The notes beneath the pieces were generated by a model. That model was given only the letters and a program-made list of their open reading frames with translations, searched no databases and was not told where the DNA came from. A stretch of 60,392 nt of DNA, counting the filler, from an uncultured bacterium (GTDB lineage Bacteria; Hinthialibacterota; Hinthialibacteria; Hinthialibacterales; Hinthialibacteraceae): assembly GCA_964449065.1 (NCBI GenBank). It is 4 parts of 4 records of this genome, joined end to end, with 100 filler letters (N's around TTAATTAATTAA, not from the genome) between each part and the next. Parts side by side here need not be neighbours in the genome. Positions count along the whole stretch, not along the records: positions 15,238 to 30,353 come from CAYVAZ010000106.1; 3 more parts are not named here. One strand, written 5' to 3'. Positions within the stretch are counted from its first letter, which is position 1, and the number at the start of each line of letters is the position of its first letter. Shown here piece after piece: positions 19,033-29,159 of this stretch. The position numbers were made by a program, and so were the translations under genes.

Positions 19033-20478
19033 CTACCCGCGTAATTCCGTTTTCGGAACAAAGCGAAACACAAGCCTTCTCCAGCTGAGTTCATTGCGGT
19101 TGTAGGTGTTGCGTTTGCGCAATACTTCGACCATGACCGGCTGATTCGGTTCGATGGCTTCATGAATTTTCCCAATGTCATCCAGGTCATAAATCTCATA
19201 GATCCGGTTGTGAATGCGAACGCTTTCCAGCACGTCACCGCGTTGGATGCCTTCTCGCCCGGCAATGCTTTCGGCATGGACCGAAGTGACAACTGGGAAA
19301 TTCCATTGCGGGGGAGCATCAAGCCGTTTGCGCCAATGGGCATCCAGTTCTTGCAGTTCCATCCCCAAAAAATCCACCGTGGTGATGGTTTGCTCACCAA
19401 AGCGGATCGTGATGGTTTGGCGTTTGCCGTCTCGAATAATGCCCAAATCCACCGATCTGCCGCTCAGTAAATCCAACGCGTCGGAAAACTCACGCCGATT
19501 GCGAATGGGGGTTTCGTTTACGGATGTGATGATATCAATCTTTTGCAATTTGCCGTCAGCCAGCCCGCCGGGGATGACTTCGGTAATGACCACGCCATGC
19601 AGTTTTTCATCGCGCAGGTTGGGGTATTCTTCATGATAAAAGTAGACCAACTGCGCCGTTAAATCCTGCAGGTAGATTTTGAGTTGATCCTCAACCGTTA
19701 GTTTTTTGTGTACCCAGTAGTCGAAAATTTTCTTCACACGCGCGATAGGTATGGCGAACCCCAATCCGACTGACCCGCCGGAAGGCGACATAATGGCGGT
19801 GTTGAGGCCAATGAATTTTCCATTGATGTTGACCAATGGGCCGCCGCTGTTGCCACGGTTGATATCGGCGTTGGTTTGAATCAGGTTGCTTAAGTGTACG
19901 CCTTCCGCGCCTTCGATCGTCCGGTCGAGAGCGCTGATAATACCTTCTGTCACCGTAAACGGCTGTCCCAGTGAACTGCCCATCGCGATGACGGTTTCAC
20001 CGACCATGAGGTCATCGGAACGTCCCCAGGGAAGCGGTGTGTAATCTACCTTGCCTTTAAACTGAAGAACCGCGATATCATCCATCGGATCGGTACCGAC
20101 TAAAACGGCTTCGTGCGGTTTGTTTTCTCCATAGATCGTAACAAAAATTTTATCGGCAGGGCCGAAGTCATAGTCAACCACATGATTGTTGGTGATGATG
20201 TATCCGCCCTCGACAATCACGCCGGAACCGAGACCTTCAAGTTGATAGGTGCGGTCGCGAAATGGGAAGCCGAAATCAAAAAATGGTGAACGCATACCGA
20301 ACGGTGACTGTCGTACTGTTACCTCTTTGGTCGTGCTGATGTTGACGACGGAGGGAAGGGCTTTTTCGACCGCTTCAACCACCGGGGTACGGCGGTCATA
20401 CTTCGCCTCTGCCAGGCAAAAAGCCTGTGTCAGAGCGACAGCACATATACAAACATATAGCATACGGATTTTCATCAT
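19033..20478 (-). CDS. htrA: DegP/HtrA-family serine protease with two PDZ domains
   Basis: Signal peptide; GSGVI, ITNNHVV, DIAVL, INRGNSGGPL. Confidence 0.9.
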   Translation of the reverse strand: MMKIRMLYVCICAVALTQAFCLAEAKYDRRTPVVEAVEKALPSVVNISTTKEVTVRQSPFGMRSPFFDFGFPFRDRTYQLEGLGSGVIVEGGYIITNNHVVDYDFGPADKIFVTIYGENKPHEAVLVGTDPMDDIAVLQFKGKVDYTPLPWGRSDDLMVGETVIAMGSSLGQPFTVTEGIISALDRTIEGAEGVHLSNLIQTNADINRGNSGGPLVNINGKFIGLNTAIMSPSGGSVGLGFAIPIARVKKIFDYWVHKKLTVEDQLKIYLQDLTAQLVYFYHEEYPNLRDEKLHGVVITEVIPGGLADGKLQKIDIITSVNETPIRNRREFSDALDLLSGRSVDLGIIRDGKRQTITIRFGEQTITTVDFLGMELQELDAHWRKRLDAPPQWNFPVVTSVHAESIAGREGIQRGDVLESVRIHNRIYEIYDLDDIGKIHEAIEPNQPVMVEVLRKRNTYNRNELSWRRLVFRFVPKTELRG

Positions 20479-21060
20479 AAAACCCTTAATTATGTTGACT
20501 TACGCCAAATATTTTTTTCTTCGGTTATTGTACAATGCAAATGGTATTCCAACTTGTCGGTTGATGATGCTTAATTGCAATAATATCAGTGAAATAGCGA
20601 TTATTTTTGATGGATGCCGGATTGGAGTTGAGGACAGACTGAGCCAGAATGGCTCAGGAAAGATTGACCATAAATCCATATTACACTGTGATAGCAATCT
20701 CTGTAAATTTCATATATATTTGTGAACTTTAAGCATGAATGTTTAAAAAAATTATTTGATTTAGGAACAATTGAAGGGATACATCCATCTCCTGCAAAAT
20801 GAATCAAAACGGTTTAATCGCTTCTCTTTTTGAAAATAATTATGGAATAATACCTGGGAAAAAGTAAAATGGACAATAGCACGAGTGCCTATATTGTGAT
20901 GTAGGCAACATGCCTATATCACATTTTTTGACTTTTTTCCGGTTCGCCATTTATACAATCAACTGCGCCTGTAATTTGGAAGACTCTTTTGTTAATGACA
21001 ATGTCTTTTTATTCAAACGAAATAATTAGAACGAAATAATTAGCCATACATTTATGCATC

Positions 21061-21603
21061 TCATACCTTCAACACAAACGGCCCGTTCCGCATCAACTCA
21101 CAGATATAGGGTTTGCCGCTTGCTTTGTCTTTCTTGCAGAGCAGATCGAAGGTGCCTTTGACGTCATCCAGCGCGCGGTGCGCCTGCCCGATTTGAATGT
21201 CATGCGCTTTGATCAAATCCTGCAGCTTGCGGTTGATGAATCCCTTTTTCTTCCACGCAATGCCGCTCATGCTGCAATACCAGTCTTTCTCTCCCGCGGA
21301 AGGATAGACTTTGGTTACAAACGGGCGGTCAAACTCGACATTGTGAGCGATCACAATTTCCGCTTTACCGAACATCCCGTTGATTTTGGCGTCGTCAAAG
21401 GTCTTCCCTTTCAGCATCTCCGGCGGGATGCCGTGCACCGCTTGCGCTTCTTGGTTCGTGGTGAGTTTTGGTTCGTTAAGCCCGCTGTATTCGTCCAAGA
21501 CTTCCATAATCTCTCCCGAATCGCGGTCAAACGTGAAGAGCAGCAAGCCGATCTCCACCATCTCATCTTCCAACGAAAGTCCGGTGGTTTCGGTATCGAC
21601 CAA
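21061..21603 (-). CDS. DEDDh 3'-5' exonuclease (DnaQ-like), 5' end lost in gap
   Basis: VDTETTG, VHGI, IAHNVEFD, AHRALDD. Confidence 0.85.
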   Translation of the reverse strand: MVDTETTGLSLEDEMVEIGLLLFTFDRDSGEIMEVLDEYSGLNEPKLTTNQEAQAVHGIPPEMLKGKTFDDAKINGMFGKAEIVIAHNVEFDRPFVTKVYPSAGEKDWYCSMSGIAWKKKGFINRKLQDLIKAHDIQIGQAHRALDDVKGTFDLLCKKDKASGKPYICELMRNGPFVLKV

Positions 21604-21703
21604 NNNNNNNNNNNNNNNNNNNNNNNNNNNNNNNNNNNNNNNNNNNNNNNNNNNNNNNNNNNNNNNNNNNNNNNNNNNNNNNNNNNNNNNNNNNNNNNNN
21701 NNN
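21604..21703. other. 100-N scaffold gap
   Basis: N run without linker; separates two unrelated gene fragments. Confidence 0.95.
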
Positions 21704-22077
21704 CCCGGAAAAAACACGATAAACACCGATACCCACCCCGCATACAAATGCCAAAGCGCAAACCAAAGCGTTGGGAGAAACAAAAGCGTATGGATATTTT
21801 TTGTAAAGAAAGACAAAAGCAAAACCGGCAGCCATTGTCCCATCACGGTTTCCAACGGGGGTGCAAGAAACGTAGCCGTCATCACGACGAAAAAGCCGCT
21901 TTCCTGCTCCATCTGAAAATCGGTCGTGGTTTGTACCGGTACGGATGAAACTAGAGCCAGTATCACTGCCGGAATGGTTTTCACCGCAAAGCAAAGGATG
22001 CTCAACTCAGTCAATAAAAAATCCGCCGGCATGTTCTCCAAGCGTTTCAAATATGCCTTGATCCAGCCTTCCATCAT
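21704..22077 (-). CDS. CPBP/Abi (CAAX protease-like) membrane protein, 3' end lost in gap
   Basis: Hydrophobic; APPLET and FALWH resemble the CPBP (P)xxEE and FxxxH motifs; overlaps MFS stop (ATGA). Confidence 0.55.
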
Positions 22078-23411
22078 GCCTCTTGCAATTGGGTTTGAGG
22101 ATTCACGACAAAGAAAGACAGTATGAAGAGTATCACAGGAATCGCTAAACAGACATATATTCCCACATCGTAACTGCCCAACAGTTCAAACGATTCGGCA
22201 AAGATAAACGGCCCGACCGCGCTGGCGATCACCATGCAAGACATGTTAAACCCGCTGATGGCGCCCAAGTGTTTCCGGCCGTAAAACTTCGGCCACAATA
22301 CCACTACCATCGGCGAAAAAATACCACTGCAGATTCCGTATCCCGTAATAACCAGCCAATATCCCACCGGATCGTCAAATGACAGGATACCGTACGTGCC
22401 TAACCCCATCCAAAGTATAAAAAACGCCAAAAAATACTTCAATTTCACATGATCGCTGAGAACCAAAAACACCAAATTCATGACCACACCAATCACCGCC
22501 ATCGGCCAAAAGATCGAAAGTGCCGCTTCCCGGCCAATGCCGGATTCCTCTCCAATCGACACCACATGAAAGGTAATGGCAGTCGTGATCATCGAAAATG
22601 CCGAGAGTCCCAAATTAAACACCCAAAACGAAAATGTGCGGCGTGCTTCTTCCAGCGTAAACTCTTTGTGAATGACGAATTTGTTTGTAGGGTCATGCTC
22701 CTCTTCGGGATTGGTTGCGGCGCCGTCCATCCACAGACCACACTCTTCGGGATTGTCGCGAAAGAGCAGCCAACCAAACACAGCCATTCCCAGAGTAATC
22801 ACCGCCAAAAGCAACCAAGCGCCCCGCCAGTCATACAACAATATGAACTCATTCAATAAAACTGGCGCCGCCGCAAAGAAAAAAGACGCCACAACACTGC
22901 TAATCCCCGACACCATTCCCCGCCTGCGGTTAAACCATTTCCCCAACATCGCACGCGAGATCATCGCAATCAACCCTTGTCCCGAATAGCGTAGCAAAAA
23001 GAAGCCGGTAAAGATCAGCAAAAAGCGCATCGCGGTGCTAAACCAACCGCCGCCATTTAGATTCAACATGGCAATCATCCAATCGCAGGCGCTTAATCCC
23101 ATCAGCGTAAGCGCCAAGAGCAAACTCGCGCACACAATCATCACCCGCGCCCCTACCACATCAAACAACCGGCCGCTGTATGGCAATATCAAGCCGCTGG
23201 TAATCGTTCCAAACATATAGGCCATGCTGAGTTGCCCACGTGATAGGTTCAGCACATCGATCAAAAAATCGGTAAACACGCTCACGCCCATCGTCTGACC
23301 GGGCAAACTCATCACGATACCGACCGTGCTGATGAACAAAATAACCCAGCCGTAAAAAAAAGGGAACGATTTGGGCTGAAACGGAAAATTGGGATCAAAC
23401 AGCGCTTTCAA
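22074..23411 (-). CDS. MFS transporter
   Basis: ~12 TM helices; FFYGW, GRLFDVVGAR, KWFNRRRG, FYGRKHLGAISG. Confidence 0.9.
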   Translation of the reverse strand: MKALFDPNFPFQPKSFPFFYGWVILFISTVGIVMSLPGQTMGVSVFTDFLIDVLNLSRGQLSMAYMFGTITSGLILPYSGRLFDVVGARVMIVCASLLLALTLMGLSACDWMIAMLNLNGGGWFSTAMRFLLIFTGFFLLRYSGQGLIAMISRAMLGKWFNRRRGMVSGISSVVASFFFAAAPVLLNEFILLYDWRGAWLLLAVITLGMAVFGWLLFRDNPEECGLWMDGAATNPEEEHDPTNKFVIHKEFTLEEARRTFSFWVFNLGLSAFSMITTAITFHVVSIGEESGIGREAALSIFWPMAVIGVVMNLVFLVLSDHVKLKYFLAFFILWMGLGTYGILSFDDPVGYWLVITGYGICSGIFSPMVVVLWPKFYGRKHLGAISGFNMSCMVIASAVGPFIFAESFELLGSYDVGIYVCLAIPVILFILSFFVVNPQTQLQEA

Positions 23412-23664
23412 GGGATATCCTTAAATATCTTGTATACTTACCATCCAAAGCATACATAAGGCCGTGTAGAATCAAAGGTTTTAATTGGAGCAGGAAAGGA
23501 AATTGAACAAATTTTAGCGAAAACTCACTCATGTGTATGCGTCTGATAAATGGTCATAGACCTGATTTTTACTGTAAAAAATGCCGGCGAGATGAATCCA
23601 CAATATCTTGCCGTTGTGACTGCCGACATTTACCATTTGTTACATCAAAATAGGATAAAACTTC

Positions 23665-24351
23665 ATGACGGAAATCCATCAGCCTCATGACCGGTTTTTT
23701 AGCCGAACGTTTTCCCGTATGGATTTAGCCGAGGATATATTGCTGTCCAATATCCCGGCTATTGCCGATCTGATTCAACCCGGCACATTGGAACAAACCG
23801 GAGAATCCTTCATCAATGCGAAATTGGGTAAAATGTATTCCGACCTCTTGCTCAAAGCCAAAAGCAAAAGCGGAAATAAAACCGTATATATCTACATTCT
23901 CCTTGAACATAAAAGTTATCATGAACCGGACGTTTCCTATGATTTGCTGGGGTATTTGTATCAGATATGGGAAAAGATAAAAGAAAAAGGAAAGCCGTTG
24001 CCGTTTATATTCCCGGTCGTCATTTATCACGGAAAACCCAAATGGACTTCTGAGACAAACTTCGCATCCTTGGTGGATATCCCGGAGGGGTTGGATACCT
24101 TCACGCCTCACTTTGATTTTAATTTGTTTGATTTGGCAAAGTTCAATGATGAAGAAATTCAAGGTACGATTCGTTCACGAGTAGTTTTGCTTCTGTTCAA
24201 ACATATTTTCGCGGATGATTTTGGGGGACGCTTAATCTCCATTTGCGGCCTGTTGACACAATTGCATAAAAAAAACCGATTTAATTTCCGCGCCCCAACA
24301 CACCGTGAAATGACTTATGGCTTTTCTTTTTACTCGGCTGCAAAAAGGTAG
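23665..24351 (+). CDS. Rpn/YhgA-like (Transposase_31) PD-(D/E)XK nuclease, C-terminally truncated (possible pseudogene)
   Basis: HQPHDRFF, ESFI, YSDLL, IYILLEHKS, PVVIYHG..KW; homology ends ~24275 and the rest is antisense to the helicase 3' end. Confidence 0.8.
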   Translation: MTEIHQPHDRFFSRTFSRMDLAEDILLSNIPAIADLIQPGTLEQTGESFINAKLGKMYSDLLLKAKSKSGNKTVYIYILLEHKSYHEPDVSYDLLGYLYQIWEKIKEKGKPLPFIFPVVIYHGKPKWTSETNFASLVDIPEGLDTFTPHFDFNLFDLAKFNDEEIQGTIRSRVVLLLFKHIFADDFGGRLISICGLLTQLHKKNRFNFRAPTHREMTYGFSFYSAAKR

Positions 24352-25777
24352 TCGCTTTGCCGCTGGCTCCCGCACGGGCGGTTCGGCCGATGCGGTGCAG
24401 GTGGTCTTCCGGCGTATCCGATAGGTCGAAATTGACGACATGCGCGACTCCCTCTATATCCAACCCCCGCGCCGCGACATCGGTTGCCACCAAGATTTGA
24501 TAATCCCCCCGTTTAAACGCGTTCACAGCCCGCGAACGATCGGCTTGCGGAATATCTCCATGGATGCGCACGGCCGGATAGCCTTCCCGCTTTAATTGCT
24601 GGTACAGTTTTTCCACACTGCGCTTCATGTTGGCAAACACAATGATAGGACCCGTTTCTTGATCCAAGATGTCATACAACCGTTCGTTTTTATCATCGCT
24701 GTGCACATAATACGATTCCTGTGAAATGGCATCCAACGGTACCATATTGGGATTGCCGGCTTCAACATATACTGGTTCATCCAGCATCGAGGTCATTAAT
24801 TTTTTCAACGGTGGAGAAATCGTCGCGGAAAACATCAGCGTTTGCGGATGGACATAAAATGCCTTCAAAATTTTTTGCAGTTGCGGCTGAAACCCCATAT
24901 CCAGCATCCGGTCGGCTTCATCCAGCACCAACATTTCCGCCGAATCGATCCGGATACGCCGGCGTTCCTGCATATCCAACAACCGGCCCGGAGTCGCGAC
25001 GATGATATCCATTCCCTGCTTCAACAGCAGCATTTGCTCATGGATACTGTCTCCGCCATACACCACAACCGTTGCGAGTCCGGTATCTTTTAATAAGCCG
25101 GTTATCACTTCATGGATTTGGACCGCCAGTTCGCGGGTGGGCGTTAAAATTAACCCTTTCATTCCCTGTCCTCCGCCGGTTTCAATAAACCGGTTGATCA
25201 TCGGCAGGGCAAACGCCAGCGTTTTGCCGGTGCCTGTCTGCGCTTTCCCAATCACGTCCCGCCCTTCCAATGCCGGGGGAATCGCCAGCGCTTGAATCGG
25301 CATCGCCTTCTCAAACCGCTGTTCCTTCAAATTCCGCTGCAAGATTTTATGCAGATCCATTGCCTCAAATAAACATTGCTCTGGGGTAAGATCATCAATC
25401 GAAATATGATCCTTTACCGGAATGCCAATGGCTTCTTTCGGTTTGGATTCTATCGGGGTGGATTGTATTGATTTGGATTCTATCAGATTGACTTCCCTTG
25501 ATTTGGATGGAGCGCTGAATAGATCTTCTGCTTGATTATTTGCCCGTTCGGCCTTCAAGAAGCAATCCGCAACTTCACAATCATTTAATGACCGCAGCGC
25601 GAATTTGACATTTTTAGGGCTTTGCAGAAGAACATACGCGGTTTTTCCATTCCGGGGCTGTTCTTCCGGTTCGAATGCAACCTGTTTGTAGTGTATGTTA
25701 TGGTAAAACAACATCACTTCCAGCATCGATTCTGGAAATGTGTGGGGAAGATTGTGTAACGTAATAATCGGTTTCAT
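24281..25777 (-). CDS. DEAD-box RNA helicase with an N-terminal RRM-like extension
   Basis: AQTGTGKT, PTRELA, TPGRLLD, DEADRMLD, SAT, ARGLD, HRIGRTAR. Confidence 0.95.
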   Translation of the reverse strand: MKPIITLHNLPHTFPESMLEVMLFYHNIHYKQVAFEPEEQPRNGKTAYVLLQSPKNVKFALRSLNDCEVADCFLKAERANNQAEDLFSAPSKSREVNLIESKSIQSTPIESKPKEAIGIPVKDHISIDDLTPEQCLFEAMDLHKILQRNLKEQRFEKAMPIQALAIPPALEGRDVIGKAQTGTGKTLAFALPMINRFIETGGGQGMKGLILTPTRELAVQIHEVITGLLKDTGLATVVVYGGDSIHEQMLLLKQGMDIIVATPGRLLDMQERRRIRIDSAEMLVLDEADRMLDMGFQPQLQKILKAFYVHPQTLMFSATISPPLKKLMTSMLDEPVYVEAGNPNMVPLDAISQESYYVHSDDKNERLYDILDQETGPIIVFANMKRSVEKLYQQLKREGYPAVRIHGDIPQADRSRAVNAFKRGDYQILVATDVAARGLDIEGVAHVVNFDLSDTPEDHLHRIGRTARAGASGKATTFLQPSKKKSHKSFHGVLGRGN

Positions 25778-25859
25778 GTTTTATCTAACGCGAATCCTTC
25801 TCTCATTTCATCTCAATTGAATTGTGCGATACATTCCAACTTCATATTATCTCTGGAAA

Positions 25860-27776
25860 TCACATTTTGTCCAAGACTTCTATTTGATCTTCCAACAAAC
25901 TGATTAAAACATTGCTCTGTTTTACAAATTCATCAAACACCATCACATGATTTTCCAGCCGAAGCAGAAGTTTTTCCGCTTCTTGTTTCATTGTCAATAC
26001 CTGCCAAGTTCCCTCTTCAAATTTAAAATGCGATTCCTGCAATAATTCGTTCATCATCCAAAAGGCTTCGCTATGCTGCGATTGAAGGGTTTGAATTTTT
26101 TCTTCCAGCCGCTTCACCCATTCTTTGGTTTCGGAAGCCCTCATGCGGTCCCGCCAGTCTTCCGGAAGATCATTAATAGTATAGCGCGCGTCTTCCGACA
26201 ATGCACGCAGGCGCGTTACCGCGCCTTCCAACCGCCGCTGCAAATCGATGTGATCCCAGTTGGGTCGGTAACTTTGATGCAGCGACCGCAATATTTCCGG
26301 GATATTGGGGATCTGCTTGGGCAATTCCGAATCCAATGAAGACAACCGCGTTGTGATCGTACCGCGAATCACCGCCCCCGAACTGGTGTTCAAAACTGGA
26401 ATTTGAAACCGCGCGATTTCATGCTCCAGCAGATGTTTATATAGATAGAGTGGTTCGCTGGTGCCAACCATGTTCCCTTCGGTGGATTCAACCGTTTGCG
26501 CGCTTTGGGCTTGGGCTTTCGGATCATTAATCGTTCCCGAGGCATACGCCTTTTGATCGCTGTACGCCAAATCCTGCCCCGCCAATATCACCTCTTTCAC
26601 TCCCAAACGGCATAAAATATGAAACGCCGCCACCGCCACGCTCCCCGAACCGAACACATCCCCTTTCGCCCCAATCTGTTGTTGCAGCCATTCATAAAAA
26701 GCATTGCCGCTTTTTTCCGGCACGGGAATCTGTCCGATAGGCTGCGGTTCGCCGGTCACTTCAGTCGTGGTTTTCCATGAGGCCAAAAACACGCGGGGAT
26801 GAAAGCGCCGAATAATTTCCGGCTGAATGCGCGGGTCGGCAATCAAATAGGTCTTTGGCGTTGGAGCGAACTCTTGAAACGACATAATGTTTCGCTCTTG
26901 GTGGTCCATGGTAATGACAATATGCGGCTCGATCCCCTTTCGCCGCAGCACCGGATAGGCCGTGTTCACGCAGCAGATCAAAAAGCGCTCTTGCAGCAGT
27001 TTAATGGTATCCAAATTGTCATCCAGCGATGGTCCCGCTGAGACCAGCATGGCAGGCAAATTGCGAAAATGATAAAACAAGGAAGAAACACCGGGATATT
27101 GTGTAATCGCGTACGAATTGGCAACCGTATTCGCCACCACCTGCGAGCTGTGCTCGATCCGCGAATTGCGGTACATGATTTCCCGCTGCAAACAATCCCG
27201 CCAATGCTTGCCCAGGTTTTTCACAAACTCGAGATTGCGTTTTTCCATATAGGGAGAAACCACAAACGCGTAGGGCAGGGTCAAAAACCGCATCCATTTG
27301 AGTTCTCTGCCAATGCTCTCTACACTTTTTTCCACCGGTTGCCCGATGATCAAATGAACACGCTTATCCCCCAACAAGACGGAAAGATCGGTATGGCAAA
27401 AGGCGGTAAAAAACACGATTGGGTCCGGCTCTACGATTGCCAGTACCCCATGTTCCGGCAGCCGCTTGATAATCTCTTTCGCCAGATACCCCAATTCAAA
27501 TCCCACCAAGATTGCCGCATGGAACGCATTCTCATCCAATTTGTGTTTGGATACCCAAAATGCGATTTCATTCTTCGGTTCCGCGCTGTTAAACAACGCC
27601 GCTCCTGTCGTTCCCTGCACCGGAAACGTTACGTTGAGATAAGAATCCTTCACCGGCACGGTAGGGTACAGCCGCCCATCCACCTGCGGCATATACCCTG
27701 CAATGGTCTCCGCTTCTTTGGGGCTGGTCTTCGCAAGCGCGCTTTGATTGATTTCTATAATGGAACGATCAGCCAT
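25860..27776 (-). CDS. Motility-associated factor (Maf/DUF115) family glycosyltransferase
   Basis: GFELGY..IVEPD; LVSAGPSLDDN; GSGSVA; ILAGQDLAY; NTSSGAVI. Confidence 0.85.
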   Translation of the reverse strand: MADRSIIEINQSALAKTSPKEAETIAGYMPQVDGRLYPTVPVKDSYLNVTFPVQGTTGAALFNSAEPKNEIAFWVSKHKLDENAFHAAILVGFELGYLAKEIIKRLPEHGVLAIVEPDPIVFFTAFCHTDLSVLLGDKRVHLIIGQPVEKSVESIGRELKWMRFLTLPYAFVVSPYMEKRNLEFVKNLGKHWRDCLQREIMYRNSRIEHSSQVVANTVANSYAITQYPGVSSLFYHFRNLPAMLVSAGPSLDDNLDTIKLLQERFLICCVNTAYPVLRRKGIEPHIVITMDHQERNIMSFQEFAPTPKTYLIADPRIQPEIIRRFHPRVFLASWKTTTEVTGEPQPIGQIPVPEKSGNAFYEWLQQQIGAKGDVFGSGSVAVAAFHILCRLGVKEVILAGQDLAYSDQKAYASGTINDPKAQAQSAQTVESTEGNMVGTSEPLYLYKHLLEHEIARFQIPVLNTSSGAVIRGTITTRLSSLDSELPKQIPNIPEILRSLHQSYRPNWDHIDLQRRLEGAVTRLRALSEDARYTINDLPEDWRDRMRASETKEWVKRLEEKIQTLQSQHSEAFWMMNELLQESHFKFEEGTWQVLTMKQEAEKLLLRLENHVMVFDEFVKQSNVLISLLEDQIEVLDKM

Positions 27777-27810
27777 GATTTTGTTCTTTATTCAAGTCAT
27801 AGTCCATTTG

Positions 27811-27986
27811 TAACAAGTCAGCGGTGTGAAGTAAAAAATCAAGAAGAGGTTCCTTATTCCTCCTCCAATGCAATGGGAGAAGCTAGGAGGGGGTTAAGGC
27901 ACTTTCTTCCAAAACCCGGATCAACCCTCCCCTAACCCCTCCCAGGCTTGGGAGGGGGAATCTCTCTTCAAACGGCTGACCAATTA
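27811..27986. mobile_element. TA-ended miniature inverted-repeat element enclosing a CCCTCCC/GGGAGGG REP-like doublet
   Basis: TAACAAGTCAGCGGTGTGAAG vs rc TAATTGGTCAGCCGTTTGAAG (16/21); internal CCCCTCCCAGGCTTGGGAGGGG hairpin and a degenerate inverted partner. Confidence 0.55.
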
Positions 27987-28096
27987 CGTCCATTTTAGTA
28001 GCCATGTATGAAATAGTGTAAGCGCAGCGTAAGCCCAGCGAAAGAATGGCAAAGATGGTTTCATTCAATTTATTTTAAGTAATCGCGAAAAAAACC

Positions 28097-28127
28097 AAAA
28101 AGGGCATCCGATGTGGATGCCCTTTTT
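28097..28127. terminator. Rho-independent terminator (bidirectional form)
   Basis: AAAAAGGGCATCC-GATGT-GGATGCCCTTTTT. Confidence 0.85.
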
Positions 28128-28146
28128 ACAAGCAATTTGATTTTTC

Positions 28147-29058
28147 TTACGCCTGAAAGCGTTTCAACAGCTTAATGCATGCCGCAACGCCTTCGATATC
28201 ATTCAACCGGCCGCCTTCATATTCAACCCCAACATAACCATGATAGTTATGTTTAAAAACAATTTCCATCATCTTCTCGAAATCGATGAATTTTTCGTTG
28301 CCGTCTTCATCAAAATCAAAACACTTGGCGCTGACCGCTTTGGCATACGGCATCATCCTATCCACCGCTTTGTAAATATCAATTTTGTATTGATGATTGT
28401 CATGCGGGAAGTTTCCGAAATCGGGTAAGGTGCCGAAGTTATTCCGGTCCACCATTTTCATGAGGCCCACCAGCCATTCGGGATCAGACGACAAGCCGCC
28501 GTGGTTTTCGATGATGACGTTCATATTGTACTGCATGGCGTATTCGCTCAATTCACTGAACGACTCGGCCGCGTATTTCATGCTGTCTTCCGAGGAGATA
28601 TTGCCGCTGAAATACCCCGCGTTGCAGCGCACCGAATGGCACCCCAGCACCGCCGCGATATCCACCCACTTGCGGTGATCGATAAACGCCTGTTTGCGGT
28701 CTTTCAAATCCGGTGAGTTCATATCCGTTTCGCCGTCGATCATAACCAAAAGAATTTTGATGCCTTCGTCATCGGCTTTCTTTTTGAACCCATTCAAATA
28801 CCGGTTGGTGGGCGATTGAAAGTATTGGTTCACCAGTTCCAACCCGGTCACACCCGCTTCTTTGGCCAGATCGATTTGATCCGCCATCGGCCGGTTTACG
28901 AAGTTGTTTTTGCCGCGAAACATTTTGTTCCATGACCATGCGGCGATGGAGATATCAAATTTTCCTTTCACGTGATGCGCCCCTTCCGATAGATTGGCAA
29001 CGGCCGCGGTGGCAGCCAACGCACCGCCCGATGTTTGTATAAAGTGTCGTCTATCCAT
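28147..29058 (-). CDS. Tat-exported sugar phosphate isomerase/epimerase (AP_endonuc_2 TIM barrel)
   Basis: MDRRHFI twin-arginine; IENHGG, LPDFGNF, VSAK, GVEYEG. Confidence 0.88.
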   Translation of the reverse strand: MDRRHFIQTSGGALAATAAVANLSEGAHHVKGKFDISIAAWSWNKMFRGKNNFVNRPMADQIDLAKEAGVTGLELVNQYFQSPTNRYLNGFKKKADDEGIKILLVMIDGETDMNSPDLKDRKQAFIDHRKWVDIAAVLGCHSVRCNAGYFSGNISSEDSMKYAAESFSELSEYAMQYNMNVIIENHGGLSSDPEWLVGLMKMVDRNNFGTLPDFGNFPHDNHQYKIDIYKAVDRMMPYAKAVSAKCFDFDEDGNEKFIDFEKMMEIVFKHNYHGYVGVEYEGGRLNDIEGVAACIKLLKRFQA

Positions 29059-29159
29059 GTTTCTCCCTCGATTGTTATGATGGTAATTCTAAAATTGCTT
29101 CTCAATCATAACAAGAAATGCAGGCTTTTGGAATCCGGCGGGTTGCTATAAAGCGCGTT

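Noticed and set aside
20870..20920. Possible CIRCE upstream of htrA-grpE-dnaK (TAGCACGAGTGCC)
   Set aside because: Lacks the TTAGCACTC-N9-GAGTGCTAA spacing and sequence
21061..22077. 338-aa 'membrane protease-exonuclease fusion' ORF
   Set aside because: Reads through a 100-N gap; two unrelated gene fragments
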